Below are positions 62,290-64,000 of a DNA stretch of 64,000 nucleotides, in pieces. A program made the position numbers and the translations under genes. How positions within the stretch are numbered: the first letter of the stretch is position 1; every line of letters begins with the position of its first letter. Origin of the DNA: an uncultured delta proteobacterium (GTDB taxonomy: Bacteria > Desulfobacterota > Desulfomonilia > UBA1062). Below the pieces are notes generated by a model. It was not told where the DNA came from. It worked only from the letters and a program-made list of their open reading frames with translations, and made no database searches. Location of the stretch: the NCBI GenBank assembly GCA_963752595.1, contig CAVVYZ010000021.1, positions 1-64,000 of the forward strand, given 5' to 3'.

Positions 62290-62766
62290 ATGGCCAAAGT
62301 GCAGGCGGCTTCCAAAGGCCTTTCCTCTCAGTATGTCACGTTCCTGCTGGGGAACGAGACCTACGGTATCTCCATTCTGAAGCTCAATGAGATCATCGCC
62401 TATCAGGAGTGCACAACCATCCCCAATGTACCGGGCTTTATCAAAGGCGTGCTCAACTTAAGGGGTATCGTTGTTCCGGTAATCGACTTAAGGGAACGGT
62501 TTAACATGGAGAAAAAGGCCTATGACCAGTTTACGGTCATCATGATTCTCGATGTTTTCGGCCGGATCATGGGTCTTATCGTGGATGCAGTGAGCGATGT
62601 GATAACGCTGGGCAGAGATTCCATCAAACCGAGACCGAATTTTTCCACAGGAATCGGCGTGGAATTTATCCAGGGAATGGGTGTGAAGGATAACAAGTTT
62701 ATTATCCTTCTGGATGTAGACAGACTCCTGTCCGATGATGAGTTGAATGTGGTGGATGGAGTGTAG
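62290..62766 (+). CDS. cheW: Chemotaxis coupling protein CheW
   Basis: YVTF.LG.E.YG, GVLNLRG.VVPVIDLR, GLIVDAVSDV. Confidence 0.96.
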   Translation: MAKVQAASKGLSSQYVTFLLGNETYGISILKLNEIIAYQECTTIPNVPGFIKGVLNLRGIVVPVIDLRERFNMEKKAYDQFTVIMILDVFGRIMGLIVDAVSDVITLGRDSIKPRPNFSTGIGVEFIQGMGVKDNKFIILLDVDRLLSDDELNVVDGV

Positions 62767-62768
62767 AG

Positions 62769-63602
62769 TTGATCGACCAGGGTTTTGATCTCAGTGATAA
62801 AGAATTCTTACTCTTCAAGCAGCTTATTTATCGTGAAACAGGCATTAACATGTCTGACAAGAAGAAGAAGCTCATCGTTGCGCGCTTGTCGAAAAGGCTT
62901 CGCGTACTTGATCTCAGCAACTTCACCGAATACTATGAATACCTGAGAGAAAGCCCCTATGCAAACAACGAGATCGTAAACCTGATCAACCGGGTTACCA
63001 CGAACAAAACCGATTTTTTCAGGGAAAAGCACCACTTCGATTTTCTTCAGAAAGAGCTTTATCCCCGCATGATGACCGAAAGCAGATCGGGCGGCTCTCG
63101 GAAGCTCCGCATCTGGTCGGCCGGGTGTTCTTCCGGAGAAGAACCCTACACCCTGGCCATGGTGACTCTGGAGGCCTTCAAGGCCGAACGGGGCTGGGAC
63201 ATCAAGATACTTGCAACCGACCTCGATACCGAGATCCTGGGAAGGGCAATCAACGGCACCTATCCTACCCAGGTAGTAGGACCTATTCCAAAAGAATATC
63301 TCATGAAGTATTTCGTGCGGAAGGGTGACCAGTATGAGCTGAGCAGCACGGTAAAATCTATGGTCGCATTCAGAAAGCTCAACCTCATGGATGAGACATT
63401 CCCCATGAAAAATCCTTTCGACATTATCTTCTGCAGGAATGTCATAATATATTTTGATGCACAGACAAAAGATACACTTCTGACAAAATATCACAAACAT
63501 CTGAAAGACAATGGATACATGTTCATCGGCCACTCGGAATCACTCATGCACATGAAAGACAAATTCCGCTATCTCAAGCACACGATTTATCAGAAGGTGT
63601 AA
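62769..63602 (+). CDS. cheR: Chemotaxis methyltransferase CheR
   Basis: TTNKTDFFRE, WSAGCSSGEEPY, FCRNVIIYFD, GHSES. Confidence 0.97.
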   Translation: MIDQGFDLSDKEFLLFKQLIYRETGINMSDKKKKLIVARLSKRLRVLDLSNFTEYYEYLRESPYANNEIVNLINRVTTNKTDFFREKHHFDFLQKELYPRMMTESRSGGSRKLRIWSAGCSSGEEPYTLAMVTLEAFKAERGWDIKILATDLDTEILGRAINGTYPTQVVGPIPKEYLMKYFVRKGDQYELSSTVKSMVAFRKLNLMDETFPMKNPFDIIFCRNVIIYFDAQTKDTLLTKYHKHLKDNGYMFIGHSESLMHMKDKFRYLKHTIYQKV

Positions 63603-63603
63603 G

Positions 63604-64000
63604 ATGTTTAAACGGTACAGCAACAACTTCAAGCGCAATATGGTTATTATTTACCCCGGAGAGTTCTATGTGGGCGCCCATGACATCATAGCTACCGTGC
63701 TTGGCTCTTGTATATCCGTATGCATCAAGGACAGAAAGACCGGGATAGCCGGGATGAATCACTTCATGCTTCCAGGAGACGTGCGGTCTGAAGACATGTT
63801 TCTCTCTGCTTCCGCAAAATACGGGATGTTTGCTATGGAGCAACTTATAAATGAGATGATCAAGAAGAAAGGTTCGAAGAATGATTTCGAAGCCAAGGTT
63901 TTCGGCGGAGGGCATGTGCTGAACTTCAGAAAAACCGACGGCAACGTGCCTGAGGCCAATATCGAGTTCGTCAGGGCATTCCTGAAAATGGAGCAGATAG
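63604..64000 (+). CDS. cheD: Chemoreceptor glutamine deamidase CheD (3'-truncated by window edge)
   Basis: TVLGSCISVC, GMNHFMLP, KYG..AME.LIN, AKVFGG; absent from the ORF track because it has no stop in the window. Confidence 0.93.
   Translation, partial: MFKRYSNNFKRNMVIIYPGEFYVGAHDIIATVLGSCISVCIKDRKTGIAGMNHFMLPGDVRSEDMFLSASAKYGMFAMEQLINEMIKKKGSKNDFEAKVFGGGHVLNFRKTDGNVPEANIEFVRAFLKMEQI

Overview
64-kb stretch of core chromosome from an anaerobic deltaproteobacterium (Desulfobacterota/Syntrophales-like, judged from gene orders such as aroQ-pepQ-efp-accB, rpsF-rpsR-DUF2232-rplI-dnaB and GNAT-M23-secA-argJ). It holds about 65 CDS, one tRNA-Val(CAC), an S6:S18 leader, housekeeping genes (mutL, miaA, ttcA, rne, secA, recN, nadK, rlmD, dnaB, ligA), a small stress/accessory islet after the tRNA, and a STAS-cheY-cheA-MCP-MCP-cheW-cheR-cheD chemosensory cluster. 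I saw no integrase, transposase, prophage or CRISPR array. Several genes, including essential secA, are broken by single-base indels, most likely long-read assembly errors. Best leads: (1) a tightly coupled ~12.8-kb minus-strand run joining rapZ, an incomplete mannose-type PTS, rimI and pyrKD to comEC and the minor-pilin/PilY1 cassette, with a structured spacer just before comEC; (2) a nearby Hfq whose distal RNA-binding face is substituted; (3) an RpoH-like sigma factor lacking the RpoH box and domain 3; (4) chemosensory extras: a large coiled-coil protein with a CheZ-like DxxxQ motif, an MshEN-like insert in CheA and an unannotated 31-aa CxxCH ORF coupled to the first MCP. All calls come from manual motif recognition; no database searches were run.
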